A stretch of 42,844 bases of DNA from Bacteroidales bacterium (GCA_029939445.1 JAOZSY010000001.1:19214-62057); one strand, 5' to 3'. Counted from the stretch's first letter, positions 18,340-28,127 are shown. Notes: generated from the letters alone by a model not told the origin. Numbers and translations are program-made.

Positions 18340-18621
18340 ATGACAAAAGCAGAAATTGTAGCAGAAATTGCTAATAAAACTGGTATTGAGAAGATTGCAG
18401 TTCAATCTGTAGTAGAAACTTTTATGGATACTGTAAAAGGAGCTATGATTAATGGTGAAAACGTATATATGCGTGGATTTGGTTCTTTTATTATTAAAGA
18501 ACGTGCTGAGAAGACAGGTAGAAATATATCAAAAAATATTACTATTAAAATTCCAGCTCACAAGATTCCTGCATTTAAGCCAGCTAAATCTTTCGTGAAC
18601 GAGGTTAAGTCAAAATTGTAA
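18340..18621 (+). CDS. hup: HU/IHF family DNA-binding protein
   Basis: 93 aa: MTKAEIVAEIANKTGI..VYMRGFGSFIIKERAEKTGRNISKNITIKIPAHKIPAFKPAK. This is the canonical HU fold pattern with beta-arm residues. Confidence 0.9.
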   Translation: MTKAEIVAEIANKTGIEKIAVQSVVETFMDTVKGAMINGENVYMRGFGSFIIKERAEKTGRNISKNITIKIPAHKIPAFKPAKSFVNEVKSKL

Positions 18622-18642
18622 TAACTCCAAATATTTTTAATT

Positions 18643-18732
18643 ATGCCAAGTGGTAAAAAAAGAAAACGTCATAAGATGTCTACGCACAAGCGTAAGAAAA
18701 GACTTCGTAAGAATCGTCATAAGAAGAAGTAA
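18643..18732 (+). CDS. 29-aa Arg/Lys-rich protein, ribosomal protein bS22-like (AURKAIP1/COX24-domain family)
   Basis: Below the ORF-track size cutoff. ATG 18643 to TAA 18730..18732 encodes MPSGKKRKRHKMSTHKRKKRLRKNRHKKK. It lies 22 nt after the HU stop and is followed by a strong terminator. The sequence closely resembles the tiny basic proteins I recall being annotated this way in Bacteroidota. Confidence 0.65.
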   Translation: MPSGKKRKRHKMSTHKRKKRLRKNRHKKK

Positions 18733-18756
18733 TTCTTCATTCATCTTATAAATAGG

Positions 18757-18795
18757 CAATTACATACTTTATTTTTTAAGTATGTAATTGTTTTT
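18757..18795 (+). terminator. Rho-independent terminator after the HU / bS22-like genes
   Basis: Perfect 13-bp stem (18757..18769 caattacatactt pairs with 18778..18790 aagtatgtaattg) with an 8-nt loop, followed by TTTTT. Confidence 0.8.
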
Positions 18796-18994
18796 ATTTA
18801 AGCTAATTAGTTTTTTTATTAAAATTAGTATTAAGATTTTTTAATCTTAAACCATCTATTCTAGAGCAACTTTTCAATGCAATGGAATTAAAAAAAAATC
18901 AAATCAACTCCTTCTGTTCCGGAATTAAATGAAATCAGGCCTCTCAGCTTAAAGTAGAGATCGTCTCTACTAAATAATTTAATTTATAATTACC

Positions 18995-20545
18995 GTGAAC
19001 AAAGATTTAATTATCAATGTAAGCCCCAAGAAAATTTCTATAGCCTTGTTGGAAGATGAGCAGCTAATGGAGATTAATGAGGAAAAGCTTGATAATAATT
19101 ATAGTGTAGGTGATTTATACCTTGGAAAAGTTAAGAAAGTAACTCCAGGTCTTAATGCAGCGTTTGTTGATGTTGGACATGAGAGAGATGCTTTTCTTCA
19201 TTACCATGATTTGGGACCCAAGGTTCGTTCTTTGAACAAGTTTGTCAAAATATGTAACAATTCTAATAGTAAAAAAGTAAAATTAAAAGATTTTACTTTT
19301 GAACCAGAAATTGTTAAAACAGGAAAAATTCAAGATGTTCTTTCAGTAAATCAAACAATATTAGTACAGGTAGCAAAAGAGCCTATAAGCTCAAAAGGTC
19401 CTCGTATTACTAGTGAGATTGCTTTAGCAGGAAGATATGTTGTTTTAGTGCCTTTTTCAAATCGTATATCGGTTTCTCAAAAGATTAAAGATTTTGAGGA
19501 ACGTAATCGATTAAAAAGATTAGTTAAAAGTATTAGACCAACAAATTTTGGTGTGATTATTAGAACAAGTGCTATGGATAAGCGTGTAGCTGATATCCTT
19601 GCAGATATCGATAATCTTGAAAAGAAATGGAATGATACAGTTAAAAAGCTTAATTCTGCTGTTCCACCAGAGAAAGTACATGGTGAATTAGGTCGTACAT
19701 CAACAATTTTACGTGATTTGTTAAATAAATCATTTAATAGTGTTGTTGTAGATGATAGCAAAATGGCTGAAGAACTTAAAACATACATTTCTTCTTTTGC
19801 TCCCGATAGAGTGGATATAGTAAAGTTTCATAAAACTAGTACTCCTGTATTTGAACAGTTTAACGTTGATAAACAAATAAAAGGCTCTTTTGGAAAAAAA
19901 GTAACAATGAAATCCGGAGCATACTTGATAATAGAACATACTGAAGCGATGCACGTTATTGATGTCAATAGTGGACACCGTATCAAAAAAGAACTTAATC
20001 AAGAGGATGCCGCTCTTCAAGTGAATATGATATCTGCCAAGGAAATTGCCAGACAACTTCGTTTGAGAGATATGGGTGGAATTATCGTTGTCGATTTTAT
20101 AGATATGACTGTAAAAGAACATCGAACAGAATTGTATAATTTCCTTAAGGCAGAAATGAAAGGTGATAAAGCTAAACACACTATTCTCCCTGTTACAAAA
20201 TTTGGTTTAATCCAAATTACTAGACAGAGGGTTCGTCCAGAAATGGAAATAGAAACTCAAGAGAAGTGTCCAGTTTGTCATGGGTCAGGTGAAGTGAAAT
20301 CTACTACTCTTATTGCTGATGATATCGAAAATAATATTCGATTCTTATTGCAAGAACAAAATGAGAAGACTCTTACCATAAGACTACATCCATTCATTTA
20401 TGCACACTTTAAAATAGGATTGTTTAATTTTAAATGGAAGTGGTTTAAAGAGTATCGTAAGTGGGTTAACTTAATCCCTGATAATTCATACCATTTCTTA
20501 GAATATCACTTTTTTAATAAACAAGGTGATGAAATAAAACTATAA
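18995..20545 (+). CDS. rng: Rne/Rng family ribonuclease (RNase G-like)
   Basis: GTG start. S1 domain (GDLYLGKVKKVTPGLNAAFVDVG), catalytic-core motifs (HVIDVNSG, GGIIVVDFIDM) and a Zn-link (CPVCHGSGEV). Confidence 0.9.
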   Translation: MNKDLIINVSPKKISIALLEDEQLMEINEEKLDNNYSVGDLYLGKVKKVTPGLNAAFVDVGHERDAFLHYHDLGPKVRSLNKFVKICNNSNSKKVKLKDFTFEPEIVKTGKIQDVLSVNQTILVQVAKEPISSKGPRITSEIALAGRYVVLVPFSNRISVSQKIKDFEERNRLKRLVKSIRPTNFGVIIRTSAMDKRVADILADIDNLEKKWNDTVKKLNSAVPPEKVHGELGRTSTILRDLLNKSFNSVVVDDSKMAEELKTYISSFAPDRVDIVKFHKTSTPVFEQFNVDKQIKGSFGKKVTMKSGAYLIIEHTEAMHVIDVNSGHRIKKELNQEDAALQVNMISAKEIARQLRLRDMGGIIVVDFIDMTVKEHRTELYNFLKAEMKGDKAKHTILPVTKFGLIQITRQRVRPEMEIETQEKCPVCHGSGEVKSTTLIADDIENNIRFLLQEQNEKTLTIRLHPFIYAHFKIGLFNFKWKWFKEYRKWVNLIPDNSYHFLEYHFFNKQGDEIKL

Positions 20546-20570
20546 AAGAATACACTATAATTATTATATA

Positions 20571-20599
20571 GACCGTTGAAAAATCAACGGTCTTTTTTT
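20571..20599 (+). terminator. Rho-independent terminator after rng
   Basis: gaccgttga (20571..20579), loop aaaa, tcaacggtc (20584..20592), followed by TTTTTTT. Confidence 0.85.
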
Positions 20600-20645
20600 A
20601 TGCCTATATTTTTCTTTATTCTATAAAATGTATTGTATATAGTGA

Positions 20646-20653
20646 TACCTTTG
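20646..20653 (+). promoter_or_regulatory. Candidate -7 promoter box (TACCTTTG) for recX-prfB-nadK
   Basis: TACCTTTG lies 38 nt upstream of ATG 20691. Confidence 0.5.
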
Positions 20654-20690
20654 TATTTGCCAAGATTTCTGAAATTATTATTGCTAAACT

Positions 20691-21158
20691 ATGGATAATG
20701 TAATTTTTAAGGATATAATCTCAAAGCTTGAAAGGTATTGCGACTATCAAGAGCGATGTAGTTTTGATGTTATAAGTAAACTTAAGAATATAGATGCGCC
20801 AGAAGTCATATTTGATGATGTAATTCAATATCTAGAAGAGCATGAGTATATTGATAATCTGAGATATGCAAAAATATTTACTTCAAGTAAATTCTCCAAT
20901 AAAAGATGGGGAAAGAAAAAAATATATGCTGCATTGCGTGCTAAAAGAATTGATAGTAAAGATATTAATATAGCTTTAGCTAAGATTGATGAAAATGAGT
21001 ATTATAATGCTTTAGTTTATATTTGTGAGACTAAACTTAGAAATATAGGTGATATTAAGACAAATGTGAATAAGAAAAAACTCTTGAACTTTGCATTGCA
21101 GAGAGGTTTTGAAAGCACATTGATTTGGCAATTTATAAAAGAGAATACAAAAAACTAA
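20691..21158 (+). CDS. recX: Regulatory protein RecX
   Basis: 155 aa. LERYCDYQERCSFDVISKL..NLRYAKIFTSSKFSNKRWGKKKIYAALRAKRI matches the RecX repeat pattern seen in Bacteroidota RecX. Confidence 0.8.
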   Translation: MDNVIFKDIISKLERYCDYQERCSFDVISKLKNIDAPEVIFDDVIQYLEEHEYIDNLRYAKIFTSSKFSNKRWGKKKIYAALRAKRIDSKDINIALAKIDENEYYNALVYICETKLRNIGDIKTNVNKKKLLNFALQRGFESTLIWQFIKENTKN

Positions 21159-21165
21159 TTATATA

Positions 21166-22243
21166 ATGGTAACAAAGGAACAATATAAAGAAAACATTGA
21201 AAGGCTTGAAGCTTTGAGGGGGTATCTTTGACCTCGATCGAAAGAAAATGGAAATTGAGGAAGATGAATTAAAAACTCAAGACCCTAACTTTTGGGATGA
21301 TCCTAAAAAAGCTGAAATATTACTCAAAAAGATAAAAGATAAAAAACGTTGGGTTGAACGTTGGTCTGAGGCAAACGAGGCAAATGATGATCTTGATGTT
21401 TTGTTTGAATTTTATAATTTGGGTGAGATAGAGGAGCATGAGGTAGAGCAAAAATATAACGAAATTATTAGTAAAATTGATGATTTGGAGTTATTAAATA
21501 TGCTGGGAGAGGAGAGCGATTCTTTAAACGCTATGTTGCAAATAAACCCAGGAGCTGGTGGTACTGAAAGTCAAGATTGGGCTCAAATGCTGATGCGCAT
21601 GTATATGCGTTATGGAGAGCGAAAGGGCTATAAAGTAAAGATAGTTGAGGAGCAAGATGGCGAAACTGCAGGAATAAAATCAGCAACTATTGAATTTGAA
21701 GGGGAAAATGCTTTTGGTTTTTTAAAAGCAGAAAATGGGGTTCACCGCTTGGTGCGTATTTCACCATTTGATTCTGCATCGCGTAGGCATACTTCTTTTG
21801 CTTCAATTTATGTATATCCCATTGTTGATGATAGTATTGAAATAATTCTAAATCCAGCTGATTTGGATTGGGATACTTTTAGAGCTGGAGGACCAGGAGG
21901 TCAACATGTTAATAAAACAGAGTCGGCAGTTCGACTAAGACATGCTCCTAGTGGTTTTGTAGTGGAGTGCCAAGAAACTAGATCCCAACTTAAAAATAGA
22001 GAAAAAGCAAAAAAAATGCTTAAATCCAAACTTTATGAGCTTGAATTGCGTAAGAAGCAAGAAGATAGCAAAATAGTAGAAGATGGAAAGATGAAAATAG
22101 AGTGGGGCTCGCAAATTCGGTCGTATGTTATGCACCCGTATAAGCAAGTAAAAGATGCCCGTACAAAATTTGAATCTTCAAATGTGCAAGCTGTAATGGA
22201 TGGCGATATTGATGATTTTATTAAAGCATTTTTAATGCAATAA
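21166..22243 (+). CDS. prfB: Peptide chain release factor 2, needing a programmed +1 frameshift: join(21166..21228, 21230..22243)
   Basis: Frame 0 from ATG 21166 encodes MVTKEQYKENIERLEALRGYL and ends at in-frame TGA 21229..21231. Shifting +1 after CTT (21226..21228) continues DLDRKKMEIEEDEL.. into the track ORF 21248..22243. It has the RF2-specific SPF motif (RISPFDS) and GGQ (GPGGQHVNKTESAVR). Confidence 0.95.
21217..21232 (+). promoter_or_regulatory. RF2 autoregulatory +1 frameshift site (AGGGGG TAT CTT TGA C)
   Basis: An exact match to the classical RF2 recoding cassette: internal SD-like AGGGGG, a 3-nt spacer, slippery CTT, then TGA followed by C. Confidence 0.95.
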
Positions 22244-22277
22244 TTTATAAATAATAGGATATTAATTTATTTCAAAT

Positions 22278-23156
22278 ATGAGAATAGCTTTTTTTGCAAT
22301 ACAGTATTTCGATAACTATAAAGATAATTATCAGGCAATGATTGATAAGTTGGAGCAAGCAAATTGCGAAATATTTATAAATAAGGATTTTTATAGACTT
22401 CTGAAAAATAAAGTAAATTTTAGAAGAGAACCATTTGTATACTCAACCCTTGAGGATTTTAAGAAAAAACCTCATGCTTTTTTTAGTTTGGGAGGCGATG
22501 GTACTATATTAGATACGGTACAAGTTGTACGTGGTTCTAATATTCCTATTTTGGGAATAAATATGGGTAGGTTAGGTTTCTTATCATCAGTATCATTGAA
22601 AGAAGTAGATAGAGCAATAGATAGTGTTTTAAAGAATAATTATATTCTTGATAAACGTACTTTACTGTCTCTACAAACAGAAGATAACCTTTTTGGAGAA
22701 CTTAATTTTGCTTTAAATGAATTTGCTATTCAGCGTAAAGACCATTTATCGATGATTGTTGTGCATGTATATATCGATGATCAGTTTCTGAATTCCTATT
22801 GGTCTGATGGATTATTAATTTCAACGCCAACAGGATCTACAGCATATTCTCTTTCTGTAGGTGGCCCCATTGTAACTCCCGGAGCAGGTATTTTTATTAT
22901 CTCACCAATTGCTCCTCACAACCTTACTGTAAGGCCAATAGTAATTCCCGATAATAGTACTATAAAGCTAAAAATTCAAGGCCGATCTAAATCGTTCTTA
23001 GTTGGTCTAGATTCGAGGTTTGAAACAATAGAAGCATCAAGAGAATTAGTTATTAAAAAATGTGAATTTTCGGTAAATATGATACAAGTTGATAGCAGAA
23101 GTTTTTTTGATACAATTAGAGATAAATTGAACTGGGGTTTGGATATAAGGAATTGA
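22278..23156 (+). CDS. nadK: NAD kinase
   Basis: GGDGTIL motif, NEF..R, and the TPTGSTAYSLSVGGPIV signature. Confidence 0.95.
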   Translation: MRIAFFAIQYFDNYKDNYQAMIDKLEQANCEIFINKDFYRLLKNKVNFRREPFVYSTLEDFKKKPHAFFSLGGDGTILDTVQVVRGSNIPILGINMGRLGFLSSVSLKEVDRAIDSVLKNNYILDKRTLLSLQTEDNLFGELNFALNEFAIQRKDHLSMIVVHVYIDDQFLNSYWSDGLLISTPTGSTAYSLSVGGPIVTPGAGIFIISPIAPHNLTVRPIVIPDNSTIKLKIQGRSKSFLVGLDSRFETIEASRELVIKKCEFSVNMIQVDSRSFFDTIRDKLNWGLDIRN

Positions 23157-23199
23157 TTTTCAGGGATAAACTCCAATTGGCTTTTTAGCTAAAATATTT

Positions 23200-23207
23200 T
23201 ACCTTTG
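23200..23207 (+). promoter_or_regulatory. Candidate -7 promoter box (TACCTTTG) for DUF6089-uppS-bamA
   Basis: TACCTTTG lies 70 nt upstream of ATG 23277. Confidence 0.45.
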
Positions 23208-23276
23208 CTAACTATTGAAAAAGACAATATTATGTTATTTTCTTAGTTATAGACTACAACACACAATGAAATTATT

Positions 23277-24203
23277 ATGAAGAAACTCTTAATTATTATT
23301 ACAGCTTTATTGCTATCATTGGGCTCTTATGCTCAACGTCATGAGATAGGTTTATTTGGTGGTATATCTTATTATATGGGAGATTTAACTCCTTCACATT
23401 TTAGTATTCCTGGCTATAATTTTGGACTTCAATATAGATATGATATTAATAGAAGATTTGCTATAAGGTTAGTGGGACATTATGGACAAATAGCAGGTAA
23501 TAGTAAGAATGACTCTGAAAGTAAGCGTTATAAAAATTTAAGTTTTCACTCTCATATACTAGATATAGAAGGAGGTATTGAAATAAATTTCTTAGAATAT
23601 GAGCCAGGTAGTAAGAATCATAGATTTACACCATATATATTTGCTGGTTTGTCAATTTTTAGTTTTAACCCAAAAACTTATTACGATGGAGAAGAATATG
23701 AACTTCAACCTTTAGGAACAGAGGGACAAGGACTAACAGCATATCCAGAAAATAAACCATATAAATTAGCAGCATTGGCTATACCATTTGGAATTGGTAT
23801 TAAATGGAGTGTTTCTAAAAGAGTTAGTTTAGGTTTAGAGTGGGGTTTAAGAAAAACATTTACTGATTACTTAGATGATGTAAGTACGCGTTATCCTGAT
23901 CCAAGTATTCTACAATCTGAGAAAGGTGCTTTAGCTGCATTATTAAGTAATAGACAAAACGAGCAAGATTATATTGAAGCGGGTTTTGATTTATCTGTAG
24001 GACCTAATGGTATTCCTAATAATAAAGCTGATTACGATTTTTACATGCAGTCAAAAGGTAATGGTGGAGGTCAAAGAGGTGGTGAAGCTAATGACTGGTA
24101 TGGTATCGCAGGTATTACTGTAATGTTTAAGATAGTAGGCAAAAAAGCATCTCGTTGCCCAGCATATAAAGAAAGAAGCTATTATAAAGAATATCATCGA
24201 TAA
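23277..24203 (+). CDS. Outer-membrane beta-barrel protein, DUF6089-like
   Basis: Signal peptide MKKLLIIITALLLSLGSYAQ and alternating beta-strand pattern. It sits in the conserved Bacteroidota position between nadK and uppS. Confidence 0.75.
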   Translation: MKKLLIIITALLLSLGSYAQRHEIGLFGGISYYMGDLTPSHFSIPGYNFGLQYRYDINRRFAIRLVGHYGQIAGNSKNDSESKRYKNLSFHSHILDIEGGIEINFLEYEPGSKNHRFTPYIFAGLSIFSFNPKTYYDGEEYELQPLGTEGQGLTAYPENKPYKLAALAIPFGIGIKWSVSKRVSLGLEWGLRKTFTDYLDDVSTRYPDPSILQSEKGALAALLSNRQNEQDYIEAGFDLSVGPNGIPNNKADYDFYMQSKGNGGGQRGGEANDWYGIAGITVMFKIVGKKASRCPAYKERSYYKEYHR

Positions 24204-24204
24204 T

Positions 24205-24948
24205 TTGCCAGAGATTTTGAAAGAGAGAATTGATTTAAGTAAAGTCCCGAAACATATTGCTATAATAATGGATGGTAACGGTAGGTGGGCTAAAAAGCAT
24301 GGTAAATTACGTGCCCTTGGGCATAAAGCCGGAGTACTGCCTGTTCGTGAAGTTTCGGAAGCGGGTTCTGAGCTTGGAGTAGAATATATTACTCTTTATG
24401 CTTTTTCTACAGAAAATTGGAATAGACCTAAGGCAGAAGTTGATGCTCTTATGACATTATTGGTAAGTAGTATTAAAAAGGAAATTAAAGATTTAAAAAA
24501 GAATAATATACGATTACAGGCAATTGGTGATTTATCCTCATTGCCTTCCATTAGCCAGAAAACACTAAGAGAAGCTATTGCTGAAACTGCTGATAACGAT
24601 GGGTTAACCCTAGTGTTGGCATTGAGTTATGGATCTCGTTATGAAATAGTTAATGCAGCAAAGAAATTAGCTGTAAAACTTAAGAATAATGAAATATCAG
24701 AAAAAGATTTTACTGAATTAGCATTAAGTAATGAGCTTTATACAAGTGGTATTCCTGACCCAGAGTTAATGATACGTACCAGTGGTGAATTAAGAATTAG
24801 TAATTTCTTAATGTGGCAATTAGCTTATGCTGAACTTTACTTTACGGATAAACTTTGGCCAGATATTAGAAAGAATGATTTGTATGAGGCAATTTACGAT
24901 TTTCAGAATAGAGAACGTAGGTTTGGAAAAACTAGTGAGCAACTATAA
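24205..24948 (+). CDS. uppS: Isoprenyl transferase / undecaprenyl-diphosphate synthase
   Basis: TTG start. HIAIIMDGNGRWA, YAFSTENWNRP and the RTSGE.R.SNFL.WQ..YAE motifs. Confidence 0.95.
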   Translation: MPEILKERIDLSKVPKHIAIIMDGNGRWAKKHGKLRALGHKAGVLPVREVSEAGSELGVEYITLYAFSTENWNRPKAEVDALMTLLVSSIKKEIKDLKKNNIRLQAIGDLSSLPSISQKTLREAIAETADNDGLTLVLALSYGSRYEIVNAAKKLAVKLKNNEISEKDFTELALSNELYTSGIPDPELMIRTSGELRISNFLMWQLAYAELYFTDKLWPDIRKNDLYEAIYDFQNRERRFGKTSEQL

Positions 24949-24965
24949 AAAAAGAAGACTAAAGA

Positions 24966-27461
24966 ATGAAGAATAGTATTTTATTAATAATAATAATGAT
25001 GATGTTGTCATCTAATGTTGCTTATTCACAAGAGAAGCAGACGTCTGATGACAGAATTGATTATACATCTCCAAAAGAATATTTTATAGGTGGCATCACT
25101 ATTAGTGGAGTAAAGTATCTTGATAATAATGTTCTTATTATGATATCTGGGCTTTCTGTTGGTGATAAGATTACTATACCTGGCGATGATATTGCAAAAG
25201 CAATAAAGAAGTTATGGAAGCAAGGCCTTTTTGAGAATATTGTAATTACTTATACGAAAATTCAAGGTGATAAGATTTATTTAGATATTGAGCTTATTGA
25301 AATGCCAAAGCTTAATAGATTTAGCTTTAGAAATATTCGTAAGTCTGAGGCTGATGATTTACGCGATGAACTTGGTATTGTAAGAGGTGATGCTGTTAAC
25401 GAAAATGTTATTATTAGATCTAGAAATATCATAAATCAGTATTTTATTGATAAAGGTTTTTATTTTGTAGAAACAAATGTTATACAGAAAAAAGATACTG
25501 TTCTTTCTAATCAAATTGCACTTGTTTTTGATATTAAAAAGAATGAGAAAGTAAAGATTAATGAAATACATATAGTAGGTTCTAAAGATCTTGATATTGA
25601 GCAGCTAAAAATGAAACTTAAGGAAACTAAAGAGAAACGCTGGTATCGAGTTTGGAAAAAATCAAAATATATTAAGAATGATTTTGATGAAGATATGAAA
25701 ACAGTGATGGCTTATTATAATAAACAGGGTTATAGAGATGCTCGAATAATAGGTGATAGTATTGTTAAGATTAATGATAAATTGGTTGATTTATATATTA
25801 ATATTAATGAAGGAACACGTTTTTACTTTGGAGAGATAAATTGGGTAGGTAATACTAAATATTCTACAAATATACTAAATAGAGTTCTTGGAATTCAAAG
25901 AGGTGATGTATATGATAGAGAGATGTTAGAAACTCGTCTTTTTATGGATATGGAAAAGGGAGATGTTCACTCTTTATATATGAATCAAGGTTATTTATTC
26001 TCGTCTATAACACCTGTGGAGAGTAAGATTAAAGGTGATACAATAGATCTTGAGGTAAGAATTTACGAAGGAAAACAAGCAATAGTTAGTAGTGTAACGG
26101 TTAAGGGAAATACTAAGACACATGACAATGTTATACTTAGAGAAATACGTACCAAGCCAGGGCAACTATTTAATAGAGCTGATATTATTCGTACACAACG
26201 AGAGTTAGCACAGTTGCAGTATTTTGACCCACAGAAGCTTAATGTTAATCCAAAACCAAATCCTGCTGAAGGAACAGTGGATATAGAATATATTGTAGAA
26301 GAAACCTCTTCTGACCAGATAGAAATGTCGCTGGGTTGGGGTATGGGTGCACTTATTGGTACTGTTGGAGTTTCTTTTAATAACTTTTCTTTAAAAGGTG
26401 TAGGTGATAAAAAGGCCTGGCGACCAATTCCTTCAGGAGATGGGCAGAAACTAAGTTTAAGGATACAATCAAATGGTATTTATTATCAATCGTATAGCGC
26501 ATCTTTTACCGAACCTTGGTTAGGTGGTAAGAAACCAATGGCTTTATCTGTATCAGCGTACCAATCAGTACAAACTAATGGTCAACCAATAGGAGCTCCT
26601 AATCGGTCAGCTATTACAATTTCGGGAATAACTGTAGGTTTAGGAAAAAGACTTAAATGGCCTGATGATTATTTTCAATTATATCAGAGCATAAGTTTTC
26701 AGAATTATAATTTGAATAACTACGCTCAAGTTTTTAGTTTTGATAATGGTAATTCAAATAATTTATCATATACTGTTGCTTTGAGTAGAAACTCGGTAGA
26801 TGCTCCAATATATCCAACAACGGGTTCAGAGATTTCTACAAGTTTTCAATTTACTCCGCCTTATAGTTTGTTGAATAATAAGGATTATCTTCATATGGAA
26901 GATTCAGAGAAATTTAATTGGATTGAGTATTATAAAATTAAAGTTAAATTCTCGTGGTTTACATATTTTGGCAAATCAAGTGCTGAGCGAAAGTTAGTTT
27001 TACATACAAGAGCTAAATTTGGTTTCTTAGGATATTATAATGAGGATATAGGTTATTCGCCATTTGAAAGGTTTTACCTTGGTGGTGATGGTTTGAGTGG
27101 TTATTCGCTTGATGGTAGAGAGCTAGTAGGTATGAGAGGTTATACAAATAACTCACTTTCGCCACCTAATGGAGCAACAGTATATACTAAATACACTATG
27201 GAATTACGTTATCCAATTTCTACAAATCCAATGGCAACAGTATTTATTCTTGCTTTTGTTGAAGCAGGTAATTCATGGGCTACTTTAGATCAATTTAATC
27301 CATATGATGTTCACCGTTCTGCAGGAGTTGGTACAAGAATTTATTTGCCAATGTTTGGTTTACTTGGCCTTGATTGGGCCTATGGATATGACCCTATACC
27401 AGGTTTCCCTGGAATGGCAGGAAATCAGTTCCACTTCTCTATGAATGGTTCTATTGATTAA
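24966..27461 (+). CDS. bamA: Outer membrane protein assembly factor BamA
   Basis: 831 aa with a signal peptide, repeated POTRA-like segments and a C-terminal Omp85 barrel (..RFYLGG..LRGY..GVGTRIYLPMFGLLGLDWAYG). Confidence 0.95.
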   Translation: MKNSILLIIIMMMLSSNVAYSQEKQTSDDRIDYTSPKEYFIGGITISGVKYLDNNVLIMISGLSVGDKITIPGDDIAKAIKKLWKQGLFENIVITYTKIQGDKIYLDIELIEMPKLNRFSFRNIRKSEADDLRDELGIVRGDAVNENVIIRSRNIINQYFIDKGFYFVETNVIQKKDTVLSNQIALVFDIKKNEKVKINEIHIVGSKDLDIEQLKMKLKETKEKRWYRVWKKSKYIKNDFDEDMKTVMAYYNKQGYRDARIIGDSIVKINDKLVDLYININEGTRFYFGEINWVGNTKYSTNILNRVLGIQRGDVYDREMLETRLFMDMEKGDVHSLYMNQGYLFSSITPVESKIKGDTIDLEVRIYEGKQAIVSSVTVKGNTKTHDNVILREIRTKPGQLFNRADIIRTQRELAQLQYFDPQKLNVNPKPNPAEGTVDIEYIVEETSSDQIEMSLGWGMGALIGTVGVSFNNFSLKGVGDKKAWRPIPSGDGQKLSLRIQSNGIYYQSYSASFTEPWLGGKKPMALSVSAYQSVQTNGQPIGAPNRSAITISGITVGLGKRLKWPDDYFQLYQSISFQNYNLNNYAQVFSFDNGNSNNLSYTVALSRNSVDAPIYPTTGSEISTSFQFTPPYSLLNNKDYLHMEDSEKFNWIEYYKIKVKFSWFTYFGKSSAERKLVLHTRAKFGFLGYYNEDIGYSPFERFYLGGDGLSGYSLDGRELVGMRGYTNNSLSPPNGATVYTKYTMELRYPISTNPMATVFILAFVEAGNSWATLDQFNPYDVHRSAGVGTRIYLPMFGLLGLDWAYGYDPIPGFPGMAGNQFHFSMNGSID

Positions 27462-27542
27462 AAAATGTGAAATAATTGAATACGATGATTCTTGGAACAT
27501 TTATTGTTAGTGCATCAGCTTAATTCATAAATTATACATAAA

Positions 27543-28127
27543 ATGAAAAAAATATTACTAGTAATTGTATTATTCTTAGGGGTTGGAATTGGAGCTCAAG
27601 CGCAAAAGTTTGCTTATGTAGATACACAGTATATTCTGGATAATATTCCAGAGTATAAAATGTCGCAAACTCAACTTGATGACTTATCAAAGAAATGGCA
27701 ACAAGAAATTGAAGAAAAAATTGGTGAAATTGACCGATTATTCAAAGCTTATCAAACCGATGCCGTATTATTACCAGAGGATGTGAAGAAACAGCGAGAG
27801 GATGAAATTTTTCAGAAAGAAAAAAACTTACGTGAGTTGAAGAAAAAGCGTTTTGGAAAAGATGGTGATTTGTTTAAAAAGCGTGAAGAACTAATTAAGC
27901 CACTTCAAGATAAAATTTTTAATGCAATAAAAACAATGGCTGACCAGAGAGGTTACGCAATGATTTTTGATAGATCTGGTAGCTTGAGTATACTGTATGC
28001 CAATGAACGATATGATAAGAGTGATGAAGTGTTAGAGGATTTAGGTTATTCAGCAGGAGGAAGCAAAAGTGGTAAAAGTGGTGGCAGTGGAAGTAGCAGT
28101 AGTAAAAACTCGACTAAAAGAAGATAG
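27543..28127 (+). CDS. ompH: OmpH/Skp family periplasmic chaperone (paralog 1, Gly/Ser-rich tail)
   Basis: Signal peptide, KFAYVDTQYIL start and a coiled-coil K/E-rich core. The C-terminal tail is GGSKSGKSGGSGSSSSKNSTKRR. Confidence 0.9.
   Translation: MKKILLVIVLFLGVGIGAQAQKFAYVDTQYILDNIPEYKMSQTQLDDLSKKWQQEIEEKIGEIDRLFKAYQTDAVLLPEDVKKQREDEIFQKEKNLRELKKKRFGKDGDLFKKREELIKPLQDKIFNAIKTMADQRGYAMIFDRSGSLSILYANERYDKSDEVLEDLGYSAGGSKSGKSGGSGSSSSKNSTKRR

Noticed and set aside
19477-20179. Minus-strand ORFs 19477..19788 and 19730..20179 (up to 149 aa) inside rng
   Set aside because: They are antisense to RNase G, have an Ile/Phe/Lys-rich nonsense-like composition, and have no upstream -7 box.
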